DNA of 64,000 nt, taken from contig OZ287699.1 of the NCBI GenBank assembly GCA_965649825.1, positions 1,456,477 through 1,520,476 of the forward strand. Reading direction: 5' to 3'. The position numbers and the translations under genes are program-made. The notes below the pieces were generated by a model that saw only the letters and a program-made list of their open reading frames with translations, was not told the origin of the DNA and did not search any database. Positions 24,301-37,545 of this stretch are shown here, in pieces; within the stretch, counting starts at the first letter, position 1; every line of letters starts with the position of its first letter. Source of the DNA: Penicillus capitatus (taxonomy: Eukaryota; Plantae; Chlorophyta).

Positions 24301-27300
24301 TGTTGGCAGAGGGACTGTTTGACACGAATCAAGACACAGGGAGAATGTTGTCTATTCAGGCATACCTTGAGATGTGTCAGGTTTTGAAGCAGATGTTGGG
24401 TTATCACCCAGTGTTTCCGCAACGGAGGATGCCGTTTCCATTTCGGCGCCCATCCCTAGAGCTTTTCTGCAAAGCCATGCAAAGAGCACTAAACTAGCAG
24501 AGAGAGCTGAACCTGGCATAAGAGATCAGCAGATTGTCATTTCTGAGCGAAGGGACTTCTTCCATCATCTTCTTGAGAGAAACCGTTTGCTGCGCCATAA
24601 TTAAAGATTCGACGATGAGGGAAGGCGTTTCCACCAATCGCACACACTTCTCCGCCCACTGCTGTGGCAAACAGCGCAGCGCCGCAATTCCCAGCCTTGT
24701 TTGTTCGAGATGCTGAACAGCCTTTGCAGAGAGATGCTGTTTCAGCGACATGAGATACTGCACCAGCATTCTCGATAGCGGCAGGGGACAGCAAGAGGTC
24801 AGCACTTGCATTCCAGTGTCAAACGCTTCCATGAGCGGAAGAGACTTCAAGAATCGAAGGGCAGCAATGGGGCCACTGCCTTTCGATGCCGGTCCATACC
24901 CAAGTGATCGAATGTGTTCAACGTAGACATCACACTTTAGATGATGTGTCACTTCATTGGACTGTACAACCTCCAGGGCAAAGCCGATGGCACCACCCGC
25001 TAGCAACTTTCGTGCCAACTGTCCACAATCACGATCGTAGAGATCATCGATGACTGTCCAATCTTTGAACTCGCCACGCAATGGACTCTCCAAAATCTTC
25101 TGGTAGAGTTTTAGCTTCTTGAGATAGTCTACAGCCACGGGGCAATTATGCTGCAGGCTGTAAAACTCAATGGCACGATCGAGTGTCCAAGATTCTGGAC
25201 GAAGGGCAGCTGCTTCTAAGGCTATGGATCGATCCTTTATCTTCAGGCAGGCGACCCAGCTAACGGGAAGAGAATTTAGTGGATCTGTGTCTTTGTCTGG
25301 ATCAGCAAAGAAGAATCCATCTGGTTCATCATCTTGAGGAAACCGTGAAGCGGCCTCGACAATCTCGTAGAGAATCTGATCTGGCGGCTGGGAGTTGTAG
25401 GCAGTGTCGGCTAACACGAAGGCTTCTCTTAGCCCCGATCCATCTTCCAGTAATTTCGAAATCTGTGCATAGATGTCGATCTTGTCTGCGGTAGAAACAC
25501 TGGAGACAGCTTCTGCCCCTTTCTGCGTTTGTGATTGCTCGACCTGTACCCAGTTCTCCAGCACTGGATACCTCCCTTCCTCTCTGGCTTCGAATGCCGT
25601 TGCCAAACAGTTAATCGTTGACTCTGGCTTTCTTCCTTCGTAGATGTTTGTCTGCGGGCGGTTATCGACAGGTTCTGATGGAGGAGGCACTTCAGGTTCT
25701 TGTCGTTTTCGTTGAAGAAATGCAAAAGCGCATGCAACGAGAAATCGAACTGGGGCAATATTGACAAGTTCTTTTAGGGCATCCAAGTTCGGCATTCGTC
25801 GAAGTTCATCCAGCACAGGTGATGGGCATGTTTGCAAATCGGATGGCGGATACAGTGGAGAGAGCCACGTGGTCAACACCTCATGGGCAAGGTCGACTCC
25901 CAGTACGTCTGCAGCAGCCATGGCATGATCAATGTCGTTGGAACACTGTGCATTGGCAACCATCGTCATCAGCAGTTCCTGAGGACTCTGATGCAACATC
26001 GCAAAGTAGTTGTGTCCCTCACTGGGACCATCGTCCATTGTGGAAACGATATCGCCGATCTCAGCCAAATAGTGTCCCATGAGGGAGAGATAGGAGATGG
26101 CAGTGGAAGAGGATACTCCTTTTTCTGTCTCTCCCTCTGCACTCAAATTCGGTCCATAACCGGCGATCTCTAGCAGGGCACCTTCATCCAACTGTGAGAC
26201 ATCTTCGGACAGCGCACGACTGAGATTGTGCAGCAAACCAGAGAGATAGCGCAGCTGACCCCTTCGTACATCACGGAGAGCATCTCGCAGTCTGGTGATC
26301 GCTTTAAAGTGCTCGTGGACTTTTCGGACATTCGTTGCATTGCTCGTGTTTGCGAATTGTGTGGTCTTGGATGGGACTCCATGACTGAAGTATTCGGCAA
26401 CAGACTGTTCTGCATTTTCTGGAGCTTCGATTGCTTCGAGAATGGAGGCGAGGTTCTGACAGAGATCAAAGGCCTTCTGCTTCAAATATTCTTCGCTCGT
26501 TTCGGATATCGAATGTGGCACACTCATGCACTGAATGGTGAATCGCAGCAGTTTTCGGGACGCTTCGAAGTTGAGTCTGTTTCCAGCAATAACATCCAGA
26601 GCAGTCGACAGTCGTTCAGTCTTGACAGACTGCTCTGTGACGCTTTCCTGCTGGCTGAACCACTCACTCCAGCGTATCAGATTCTGAGCATCTGCTTCGA
26701 ACTGTGATGTCTGAGACATGAGCAGTCGGTGTAATTCCAATGGCAGAGACAGAAAGCCGCCCATCTCTCTCCAATTCCCTCGATTCAGGAATCTCCACAC
26801 ATTTTCTGAATCTGGTCGCAGTAAGACGTCCATTCCAAGCTGAAGATTGTTGTAGAAATCTTCGATCAGAGAGTGATGTGCAAGTGATGCTTCGGTGCTC
26901 CAGGAGCACGCATCAGATGGAACCGGATAGGCATCTGATCCTCTCAAGACTTTGATCAGATCTCTCAAAAGCCTGAGGGGTTCCACCGTCGAGACCGGAC
27001 TTGTCGTCGTTGCCCTCTTTTTCCCTCCGTCGTGAGTGAAAACCACATCGAGAGTCTTGAAAACATCAGATTGGGAGAGGAAAACTTGAATAATGAAATG
27101 AATCGTAGAAAGAAGCCAAGCGTGTTGGTAGGTGCCTTGTATCGCACAGAGACACGCATGAATCGAAGACACCAGATCGGATAACTCTGACAACCACAGG
27201 TCTTGACCAGGGATCTGTCCATGTCCATTAAAGATATCTGCTACCACTGTCAGAAAAGCCAAGACGCTCGAGATGACGCCGGCACACAAAACCATTTGCA

Positions 27301-28708
27301 GATCTCTGACCACTGGAAGTTCTTCACTGAGATCAATGGTCAACATCGATGTAGAGAGCATTTGCAAAAAACGTGTGTCCAAGTGCTGGACAGTCTGTGA
27401 TAAGATTGTTTGAGGTGTGGTGGTTTGGAGACGAGTCAGAATAGATGCTGCATCACATGCGTGAGGACTTCCTTCCAGAGATTCTGACAAGAGTTCAGAG
27501 AATTGGAGTTTTGCACGGAGAGATGCTGTGGCCCCAGAGAACTCGGATTGTTTCCCAGCTGCTACTCGCGGAAAGATGCTCTCCAACAAATGTTTCTTCA
27601 GTGGAAATGTCGAAGATGTGTTTTGTGCAGAGAGCATGTCCCATCCCATCAACAAGGCCAATGACAAGAGACGTCGATTTCCTGGAGTCCAGCTCTTTAG
27701 CACATCAAACTTGCTTCTGCCAACATCCTTCAGCACCATTTCAAGTCTTTGTCCTTCGATGTGCCAGTTGTGCACTCTGGCTTCTTGGAATCCAAAGGAC
27801 GCCCAAGCGGGATTCTGTGCTGGAAAGAACAATTCCTTGAAGTTTAACACTTCGTCTGAACTCAACAGAGCGCCATCGATTTCTTTTTGCAGAGTTGTTG
27901 AGAGCAATGGAGAAGGACTGGACAGAAGGGATTGAGTGATGTGTGTTGGCGGGGTGAACAGTGAATGGTGTTGCACCAGGAGTCTTATTGCACACTCGTA
28001 TTCATTATCAGACAGTATGCCACCTTGTACACATGTCATGATGCGACAGGCTTCTCGTTGCCTTCCACTTCGAATGGCCCCATCCATCGCAACCAGGCAG
28101 CTGCGTTCGATGGTCGACAGAAACTGCTGGATTTCTTTGGGGCAGGGAGATGGAAATGGACAGGACTGGATGGCTGCAACGACAGCTGCAATGGCTGCAG
28201 GATATTCACGTGCCATGCGTCCCAACACTGACTGGGCAGAGGAGCTATCGACAGAACGGCGACGCGTTGGGCGTGACAGTGGCATCAATCTCTCAGAGAA
28301 CGTCTCGACCATTTCTTTCACAAGAGAGATGTCACTTCGATTCAGCCCCCCACCACTTTCCCCTTCGCCATCCATCAGCATGAACGAGTCGGCTAGAGCA
28401 CAGAGCTCTGCCTTTAAGACGAAGATACGTTCCATATGGTGTTCTGATTTCGCCAAAGGACGCGTCAGGAAACATTGAAGCCGAGACAGCAGATGAGAGT
28501 CGAGGTTGGGGAAGACAACAGGGAGGCCAGATAGTGAAACCACATGTTGGCAGAGGTGAAGACACGTATCGACGTCTGTTTGTTGTAATCGACGTAAGAG
28601 GCATTGCGCGAGTTCCGAATGTCCCAGAGAAAGAAACTGGAAGAACAGGCGCAACAAGGCTTCACGTTCTTCGACTGTCTGCATCATGTACAGGGGGAAT
28701 GCTTGCAT
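21381..28708 (-). CDS. ZFYVE26: Spastizin / ZFYVE26 (SPG15) homolog, AP-5 accessory protein
   Basis: 1404-codon first exon plus further exons. N-terminus EREALLRLFFQFLSLGHSELAQ; C-terminal DFTLGFRVIFEFR and LDLVNNIKGTVSDQQLDHIL..LIELMVSPHSKV match plant/animal spastizin C-termini as I recall them. No FYVE motif seen. Start may be 28687 or 28684. Confidence 0.85.
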
Positions 28709-28718
28709 TCACTTTTTA

Positions 28719-31166
28719 ATGAGTTGCCGATCCACCTCCTTCAGGCCATTCGCTGCAACTTCGGCGCCGCGAGTTCTGACCCGCTCCAGACGCGTCCAGT
28801 GGAATGGCGCGACGTCAGCAGGGCGCATGGAACACAGAGGGCGGTATGGAGGCAGAAGAGAGGCGATGACAGAACCGGCGAGTGTCGAAAATGAAGATCA
28901 GAGTGCGGAAGCGTTGCCCTTGGGAGAGTTGGTCTACCAGCCTCTTTCAACATCCGAGCGCCTTTGGACCTCGTTTCGCTTGATCTTCGCTCTTCCTTGG
29001 CGTCGATTCAAAAAGGGATCTATTTTGTCCTTTGAAGTCTGTCGAGTCCTTTCTCTCGTCCATTCCCACATGTCTGTCTCAGTTGTCGGATGAGATTCTC
29101 GAAGTGAAGCCCTCGCAGTTTTCAAAAGAGCTGAGTCTTCCAGCCATCTGCGAGGCGCTCATTAAGGCTTCATACGATCCTCGTGTCCGTGGGGTCTTTG
29201 TAAAGATCGGGCCATTGGACTGTGGATGGGCAAAGCTTAAAGAAATCCGCCGCCATTTGGAGTTCTTTAACGCATCTGGAAAATTCTCAATTGCATACCT
29301 TGACGCCGGTGGTGAGAAGGAGTACTTCGTGGCCTCAGCCTTTCAGGAAATATACGTTCCACCGTCAGGCAATGTCTATCTTCGAGGAATCGCGCTTTCA
29401 GGTTATTCTTTGCTGGGTGGATGCGTGATATGGATCTGGGATATAGGCACTTTTTTGCGTGGTGCATTGGACAAGGCGGGTATAGAGCCACAGGTGAAAC
29501 GCATTGGCAACTACAAGTCGGCTGGCGATCAGCTTCTACGCGAGGAGATGTCAGACTACCAAAAAGAACAACTCCAAGCTCTGTTAGACGACATCTACAA
29601 CGGTAGTGATCTCTGCCCCTTGTCATGAAACTGTCATGTGCATTTGCAGGTTTCGTCGAGGAAGTGGCCAAGAGTCGAAACATCACAGTAAATGCCGTCG
29701 AAGATGCAATCGAAGAAGGCTATGTAGCGATGGAGGACTATCAAAAAGCAGGATTATTCACGGGTTTGAAATACAAGTATCCTTTTGCTGTTCGCCGTTC
29801 TTGTGTTATTGACATCATACGGCAGAGATGAGATCGTGGATATGTTGAAAGAGCGATTGAAGATGAAAGATAAGAAGAAGAAACTAAAGAGAGTGAGTTT
29901 GAGGAAATATAAAGGTGTTTCGCCCTCTGCCTTTGGTCTCAATCGAGGGAAGAAATCGATTGCCATCGTCCGTGCTTCAGGCGCCATCACGAACTCCGAG
30001 AATAATGGATTGTTTGCCACTCCTTCAATTACGCCAAAGGAAGTCATCCGAGACCTTCGAAAAGCAGCAGATATGAAGAATGTGGTAGCCATTGTTTTGA
30101 GAGTTGACAGTCCTGGTGGCGACGCCTTGGCAAGTGATCTTATGTGGAGAGAGATCGTCCGTGTGTCGCAAGAGAAGCCTGTTGTTGCATCGATGTCTGA
30201 TCTGGCAGCATCTGGTGGATATTACTTGGCTATGGCAGCAAAGAAGATTGTGGCAGAAGATCTGACACTGACAGGATCGATTGGCATCATCCTTGCCAAG
30301 ATTGGTCTGGGTGAGCTCTACAAGAAACTCGGGTAGCACACATCGACATGCGCATTCAGAATCGAACAGAACAAGCTGTTGTGTAGAATTGGCAAAGAGA
30401 TCTTGTCAAAGGGACGTTATGCTGAGCTGTTTGCAGACAATCGAAGCTTTACGGAAGACGAAGATGCTTATTTTACAAAACTGGCTGACTATGCGTACAC
30501 CTCGTTTCGAGACAAAGCGGCAGAGAGTCGTGGATTGACATCAGAGCAGATGCAGGAGTGTGCACAGGTGAGATGGCTCTCACATTCTACAGGAAGGTGT
30601 CTATGCTGTCGAATGAAGGGTCGCGTGTGGTCTGGATCGAGAGCTGTGGACATTGGATTGGTGGATGCTCTTGGAGGTATTCAACGCGCCATCGCCATCG
30701 CAAAGCAATCGGCAAATCTGAAAGAGGATGCCAAAGTTCGAGTCATCGAGATATCCCGGACAAAGGGATCTATAATAGCTATGCTCCAGGTGGGCGCATC
30801 GAATTCTGTTCCATCCATTTCTCACATGCATAACAACAAATGTGTGTGGTGCAGTCGATGGGTTCTGCAACAAATGCTGTTGTATCGATCGCTTTCTTGG
30901 TTTGGGGCATCGTCTCCGTCTTCATCTCGAAAGAGGGCTTTGGATTCATTAATGCGGCTGTGAGCATTGTGCTTGGCAGTCTAGGACTGCTCAGTCTGGT
31001 GCCCAAGGCGGATGACGAGCTTTGGGAATACACCATGGAAGACATCAATGTGACTGGCTCTAAGACAATGCGTATCCTTCCGCAGGCCATCATGGACATG
31101 GACACATTTCTGACTTCCAAATCTATTGCTCCGCCATTCAAAGAGCTGCTGAAGAAGCTCCTCTGA
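28719..31166 (+). CDS. SPPA: Plastid signal peptide peptidase A (protease IV, S49)
   Basis: Transit peptide MSCRSTSFRPFAATSAPRVLTRSRR; ALPWRRFKKGS, CGWAKLKEIRR, RIGNYKSAGD, LRVDSPGGDALASD, SMSDLAASGGYY, TLTGSIG, GRVWSGSRA..GLVDALGG. Confidence 0.93.
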
Positions 31167-31577
31167 GCAGATCGCGCGCACAAGCTTTCTTCACATAGTT
31201 TTTATTACAAACTGTCGAGAGGATTTTTTAAGTGTCATTGTTATGGTCTCCTTCCATTTTTGGGTAATAGATAGGATCAATCAAACAGAACGACAGGGAC
31301 TTTCCCGGCAGTGCAATACGATAGGTATTGAGACAATGGGTTTGATCATATATTGGGGACCATCTCACATTCTAGCCACTACGAGCCTCATTGGAAAAAA
31401 CACACAGAGCACTTCTTCAGTCTAAAAAATCCTATGACGAAAAGCCCAAAGAGGGAGGTGAGGCGGCATAGGCTGTTTCATTGACAAAACACGGCCACTA
31501 AATCGGTAGGTGGGTCAGGTAGGTAGAGTGGTGGTGTAGTCCTCTTGATTAATTAAATTGCTACTGTGAAATGTCAT

Positions 31578-33859
31578 TCAGAACGTTGGTCGTCTTTTAG
31601 AAGACGCGGCGACAGATGAGGATTGTCCAACGACAGAGACATTCCTCTTCAAGGCATCGAGATTCAGTGCGGGAGGTGGTAATGACCTATACGGTTCGTG
31701 TATGATAGGCATCACATCTTCCATGTCTTCATCTCCTGAAGTTGTGTTTCCATTCGAATCTGCACCAGATGCTTCTTTGGAAACAGCAATCTCCTGAGAA
31801 ACGGGTTTTGTTGGTGTACGCGGAATACCAGACTTCACGAGAGTGTCATGTCCAGCTCTCGATGATGATGAGGATGATGAGGATGACGTCGCCATCTGTC
31901 CATTGCCCAGCAATTGATCCAGCCTCTCTTGCAGTGGATGGTAATCTGTTTGGGCATTCTTGAACAGGTGGCTGCATTTGTTTTCTCTGATCGCTGAACC
32001 CAAACTTGTTTGTGGACGAGCGATTCTCGATCGTCCTTCTCCGAGACAGATGGACTTGGAATTGGATCCTGGTGTCAATCGACCTCTTGTGGAATCGCGG
32101 CCACTTCGACAGGGCGTCATGTCTGGCATGGCGCTCTTTCTTCCGCTTGGTGTTTGCCGTCCACTCTGCTGTGTCTTTTTTCCATTCTTCGTCGATCTGG
32201 ATGATGGTGGAGGCGCTTGCAGTTCGTAAGTCTCCAGCACTTGCCTTCGATAGTCCACCCCATCGAACACAAACGGTTGGTGTTCGGTTCTTTCCCATTC
32301 CATGATGACGCTGTCGAGCTTTTCGATCATGGATGGAAGTCTGTCTCTGAGTTTGCCTGCTTTGATGGCTCTCTGCAGTTTTCGATTGGAATCACGCCCA
32401 CGATAGCGATCACCATCACGCTCATAAGAGGTCAGCCAGTCAATCTCTGAACGTGCGGACTCTAGTTCTCTGATCATGGTCAAAATTGCAGATCTTCTCT
32501 CAGCTAATGTAGTCAGCTGCGTCAGTGTTCGTGTCAACCGTGCCAATGCATTTGCCAAGTGCCCTGCACTGGGCACATCTCCCGATTCCTCGCAATGTTT
32601 TATGTCTTGCACATCTTGCGGCAGTGGCAGATGTCCCGTGTCGCAAACACTCTGTATCTCTTCGATTTTCTTCCCAATGAGATCTTTCAAGATTCGAGCT
32701 TTCGCTGTCTCTTGCCTGTGGATCTCCTCTCTGGCTTTGTCAAATGTCTTTGTGTGTAAGCGTGCCGGACCTTCCATCAATCGTGTGAGAATACTTCGAT
32801 CAAGATCGTCGGAGGACATCTGCAAAGCATTCCAAAGACTCAAAAGCGTCTCCTTCATGTATAGCATCTCATTTTCGCGCCTAGAGCGTTCGGTTGTCAG
32901 TGAAGATATCTTCTTCTCCAAGGAAGAAAATGAATCTTCACTGAGATTCGGCAGTCTCTGATGCGAAAAAGGAAAAGCCATGCCTGAAAGACAAAGGATG
33001 AGACTGAGCGACCAATTGCAGATGGACTGGCTTACTCGATATGCTTTGCTCTATAAATTCCAGACTCTGATGTACTGTCTTTGCAACTTCGATTGGGTCG
33101 TGGCCCAATTCAGAACACAACACTTTTAAGGGCCTCCATAGAGATTCAAGTCTTGTCATTCGTCGCGTTCTTTCAGCCAGGAATGAGTCCAATTCGCACT
33201 TTAAGTAATTCATATCTCCCTCAGTGATGTTACACTGACAACAAACACACCATCAACAATGAACGATCAGAACAGTCTCTCGCGTACATTCGGATCATCG
33301 AAATCAATACTGTCTTCTTGTCCTTGACCAAACTGTTGTCGAAGTGCGTTGACTTTTCCGAGGAGATCTGCCCAAGGCGGACACACAGGTCACGAGAGCA
33401 GAGAGAGTGACAGGCAGTAAGTATGTCACCCGTAAATTCTGCGATGCGTTGTTCCTTCACTTTTTGACATTGATCTCGGAGACATATCATTCGATCCAAT
33501 CTCTCCTTCAAGGTCATATCCAACGGAATCGAGCAGGTCGCATTTTCTGTCGTGTTGCCGAGTTGCTGTTGAATTTGTAACACTTCGGTCTCGACGTCGC
33601 AAATGCATTGATGCAGTGCGTCTCTCTGCCTTTCGGCTTCGTCGATAGCTGTATGCCATACGTGTGCCACGTTCGTCTCTATCTTATTGAGTTCTGTGTG
33701 CACATCGGATGCGTGTACGCCAATTTCTGTCCACACTTTATAGAGTGCCGCTGAAGAGTCATCGACGATTTTCGAATAAGACTCCTGATGGTATTTGCGG
33801 AACGATTCGAGTGAGGGTTTATCGGATACCGAAGAAGCGTCAAGAACGAAACCCGCCAT
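31578..33859 (-). CDS. MAP65: MAP65/Ase1/PRC1 microtubule-bundling protein
   Basis: Coiled-coil N-half (LYKVWTEIG, KEQRIAEF, LKVLCSELG). Conserved WLTSYERDGDRY..RKLQRAIKAGKLRDRLPSMIEKL..PFVFDGVDY. Basic disordered tail. Confidence 0.9.
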
Positions 33860-34309
33860 AATGTCTGATGAAGAACACGTGCACGAAATGACCGTGATGA
33901 TTGACGACAACCAATCGGATCAGAGATGGAGAGTCCGAGACGTATGGCACGACACGCCTTCGCGCCAGAGATCATCGGCGAACTGCACGGCGAAGGCGGC
34001 AGTGATAGAGAACGAAGAGCAGTTGTTTGTGGGGGGTATCGGATAAGGAAAGGACGGATGTCTGCACCTCGGGGCAGAACACGAACGGCCAACCGATCTA
34101 GTGGGGAACGAACAACGGAGGAAATCAGCAAGCACTCCCACAAAATGTACAATCATCCCAACAACGGTCTGCCATCTTTAGACATTGAGTAGGTGCTGAA
34201 TAGTATTGGGTTCGTTAGGGAAACAGGGGATCAGTAGAATAAATACGCTGCAAATTTATCAGAATATACGTGTCGTTTGACGGACAGTGTCAGCTAATGT
34301 GAAAGACAC

Positions 34310-35601
34310 TCACGCAAGATCCAACTCGTCATCTTCCATGCGTTCATAGATAGCGTCCGGAGACCTCTCTGTGTCATATTGCACTAAGCAAGCACACGAT
34401 TCGATGTGGATGTTGCCTCTCCAATGTTCATAGAGGTACGTACCATCATATTGGTGCATTCTTTGGTACTGATACTCTTGGGTTTTCAGCCTAAAGGGTT
34501 GTCGGTCGCGATCCTGATGGCGTAAATGTGTGGCGTAACGTTGACGGACGCCCCACGTATCATCTTCCAGCACAACTTGTTCAGAATCTGCATCTGCCTC
34601 AGCTGGAGGCGGAGTGTGTCCCCAAAGGGGATCACCCTTGGTACTGGCTCTTCGCAATTCTTTACAGACACTTCTGGATTTCTCAAAGAAATCGTCACAG
34701 CGCTCCGGGGAAAAGGACGTGTAATCAAGTGTAGAATGAGGGGTCGTTACACTCGGACTCAGATGCAGCCGCGAAGTGCCAATCTAAATAGGGGGAGCTA
34801 GTATATCGAGAAGGAGACAGAAAGACAAACTGACCTGTTTACGCAGCTTCTGCTGCAAGACTTCTTCTCTAACTTTCCTAGGACGGTACTGAGGTTCCGG
34901 AGTCGATTCTGGGAACCATCGACGTCGCCTAGGACGCGTTTCGTTGGAAGGTTCTTGAGATGTTCGAACAGAAGGTAGGCGTGGTGGGACAGAAGATCCA
35001 CCCGCCACCGATCCAGATCTGGGCCGAACAGGTTTTTTCGTTGGGACTTTTTTCTTTTCCGCAGGACCATTGTCAATCGTTATTCTCTCAAAAGCTGCAC
35101 GGAATGCTTCGTGACGCTGTTGAGAGCGTTGACAGAGCGGTCTAGATGACACTGTCCTCCTTCTGACAGGCTCTTGTTTTCTTGGCGGAGGTGTTGACAC
35201 AGGAGGCTTTTTCGGTCTTGAAGCGACTGGGCCAACAGACTTATTCCCTCGACCAGTGGCTGCCAACTTTTTTTGGGTATTCGCCTGAGCAGTACCTGTC
35301 CTTGTCAGCTGTGCAGAAGCTGAAGGCCTACTTACTCGACGACAAGCGATGGGAGAAGACGTCGTCGTGGACGTCAGTGGACGCGTCTTCAGTCTCGTAC
35401 GCTGGGCTGATGAGGTCTTTGTTTCTTCATCGTCTTTCTAAAAACAGACAGCAAATGGATAGATGCACAAGGTGGGAAAATGTAAAGCCGTCGTAGGAAT
35501 AAGAGACAGCGTGTGTGTAAGTGTACGTCTTAAGAGCGTAGCAGTCCAACAAGGCACTTCTGTGGTGTTACCTTTAACGTTTTACGGACAGAGTTCTTCA
35601 T
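34310..35601 (-). CDS. Hypothetical basic Arg/Pro/Ser/Thr-rich protein
   Basis: Three exons: MKNSVRKTLK| (donor GTAAC), ~35438-34840 (open from KDDEETK to QQKLRKQ), and last exon from ~34790 (IGTSRL..DDELDLA*). Phase-0 junctions are consistent. Confidence 0.65.
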
Positions 35602-35908
35602 GGCAGCTATCCAGCTGCTTCAAAATACTTGACAATGCGAAGTCGGAGTTTTAAGACTGACTCGACGTCAAAGTTTTGGGCCAAAAACGCCCGTCGTGAG
35701 ACTGACTCAGAGTTTGCTCTTTCCACTTTGTAAGATACAATCGACGTGGACAGGAAAAACCAGATGTCGTTTTGATTCAACCGTCGCGTGCATCGGCGTC
35801 GCTGCAGCGCACCTGCGTTGCTGGATAGTAACGATCGAGCTTGTGATCATTTCCTTCAACTACGAGTACTGCTTGAGATGTCTTTTGTCAAAGCAACGGA
35901 GCTGTTTC

Positions 35909-37358
35909 CTAAGCGTTAAATCTCAAGAAAGGAACAAAAAAGTATAGGAGGTAGAAGAGCTTCCAAATAAACATATAACATCTTTTGATATCTTCCTTTA
36001 TGTTCAGATTCGTTTGGATGGCTTTTGCCCAGAGGAGATACAGAGAAAGACCGTTACCAGCTGTGAAAGCCACCCGTGTCATCAGCACCTAAACGCCATC
36101 ATTCTAGGAAGGCTTCTCTGAGTATGGATACGGTTACTGGCGAGCTGAGGCCTATGGAGATTGCTGACACATACATCACGGTCAGTAACCAGATGCAAAA
36201 CCAGAAAACGGATCTCTGTCCCATTTGCACGGTAAACGTCCGAATGCCGGCCTGTTGAATCAAGTCATCATCGTCGAATCGGACGAGTTGGATGAGTGGA
36301 GATTTACCCGGAAGTCTCCTTTCATGTCTGGGATGTCCTTGAACAAAGCGATGACAATTGAGTAATAGCAGAAAAGTCCAGTTGCGTAAAGCAGGGATTT
36401 GGATAGGCTAAGCATTTTGATTCCGGTGCTGTGCTGTGCATGAAAATAGAATCCAATCTGAACAGCCACGGCCCTTATGGTGAGGATGCATGACGCCGCG
36501 ACGAATGCGTTGCGTTTCCATCGCAGGTAAGGAATATCCGCAGAGTAGGCGATTCCGAGAATCATGCTGATCAAGAGCGTGACCATGAGTGGAGGGGAAC
36601 CACTCAGGTATCCGATTCCCAAGGAACCCATCAGAGAAAAACCAATAATTCTATAAGCAGTGGACAAAGTGAATTCGCCAGAGGCCAACGGAAGGTCAGG
36701 TTTGTTGATTTTGTCGATCTCGATGTCAAACACTTGATTCAATCCAACAATAAACACGTTCATTAAAACGGCTGCTGTCAGAGCCGTGATGACGGATGCG
36801 AGTGTCGCGTACGTCCATTCAATACCCTGCATCTCGCACATAATGAAGAGGGGAAAAGGGTCGGAAGCACACAACCTGCAAGGCAAGAAGAGAAATTGAA
36901 CAGATGCTTGTTACTGTTCCAGCAACGGTATGTGGACGACTGAATTTATACAAGGCGATGAGAAATCTCCTCATCCGGATAATTAGATCTTCATTCGCCT
37001 CTAGATTCTCAGGGATGGAAGATGTTGGGAATGCCTCGGAGGGAGAAGTGCCCAGAACACCGTCACTGTCGACGGCGTTAGGGGAAGGCCATCCCTTCTG
37101 ATATCCTCCGCTTGGGAAACGGTGATCTAATGGATCACAGATTCCACGAGGGTTCGAAAAGGTCTGATGTCTTGTGAAGATTCGAGAAAAGAATTGTGGC
37201 CGGTGACGCAGAACGCAACGCCTCGCCGATCCAACTCGCCTTTCGCGCGTTGACGTGACGGTACAGAGTCCTCGATTGCTAAAAGTCATCACCGGCCTGA
37301 CGTGTCTGGTTGCGAGAGACGTCTGTTCAAAAAGGAGATCATGGTGATAGACAGACAT
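35909..37358 (-). CDS. VTE2: Homogentisate phytyltransferase (tocopherol synthesis, UbiA family)
   Basis: KFSRPHTVAGT, NVFIVGLNQVFDIEIDKINKPDLPLASGEF, RWKR, IVIALFKDIPDMKGD, YMFIWKLFY. Transit-peptide-like N-terminus. Confidence 0.93.
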
Positions 37359-37545
37359 GACTGCGTTCAGACAGACCCCACAAGCTCGCGAAACATGAAA
37401 GCATGAGATTGATTTGATTGGTCGATCGATCCATTATTTGTAACAAACAAAGATGCGAAGTGAAGAGCTAGCTTGATCTTAAACAACAAAAACATTGGAT
37501 GCAAAGAATAGGCATATGAATGATAGATAGATAGCGTAAACTGAA

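Noticed and set aside
27936-28478. 180-aa plus-strand ORF, and the many other 60-200 aa ORFs nested in long genes
   Set aside because: These are antisense or alternate-frame shadows of well-supported coding exons.
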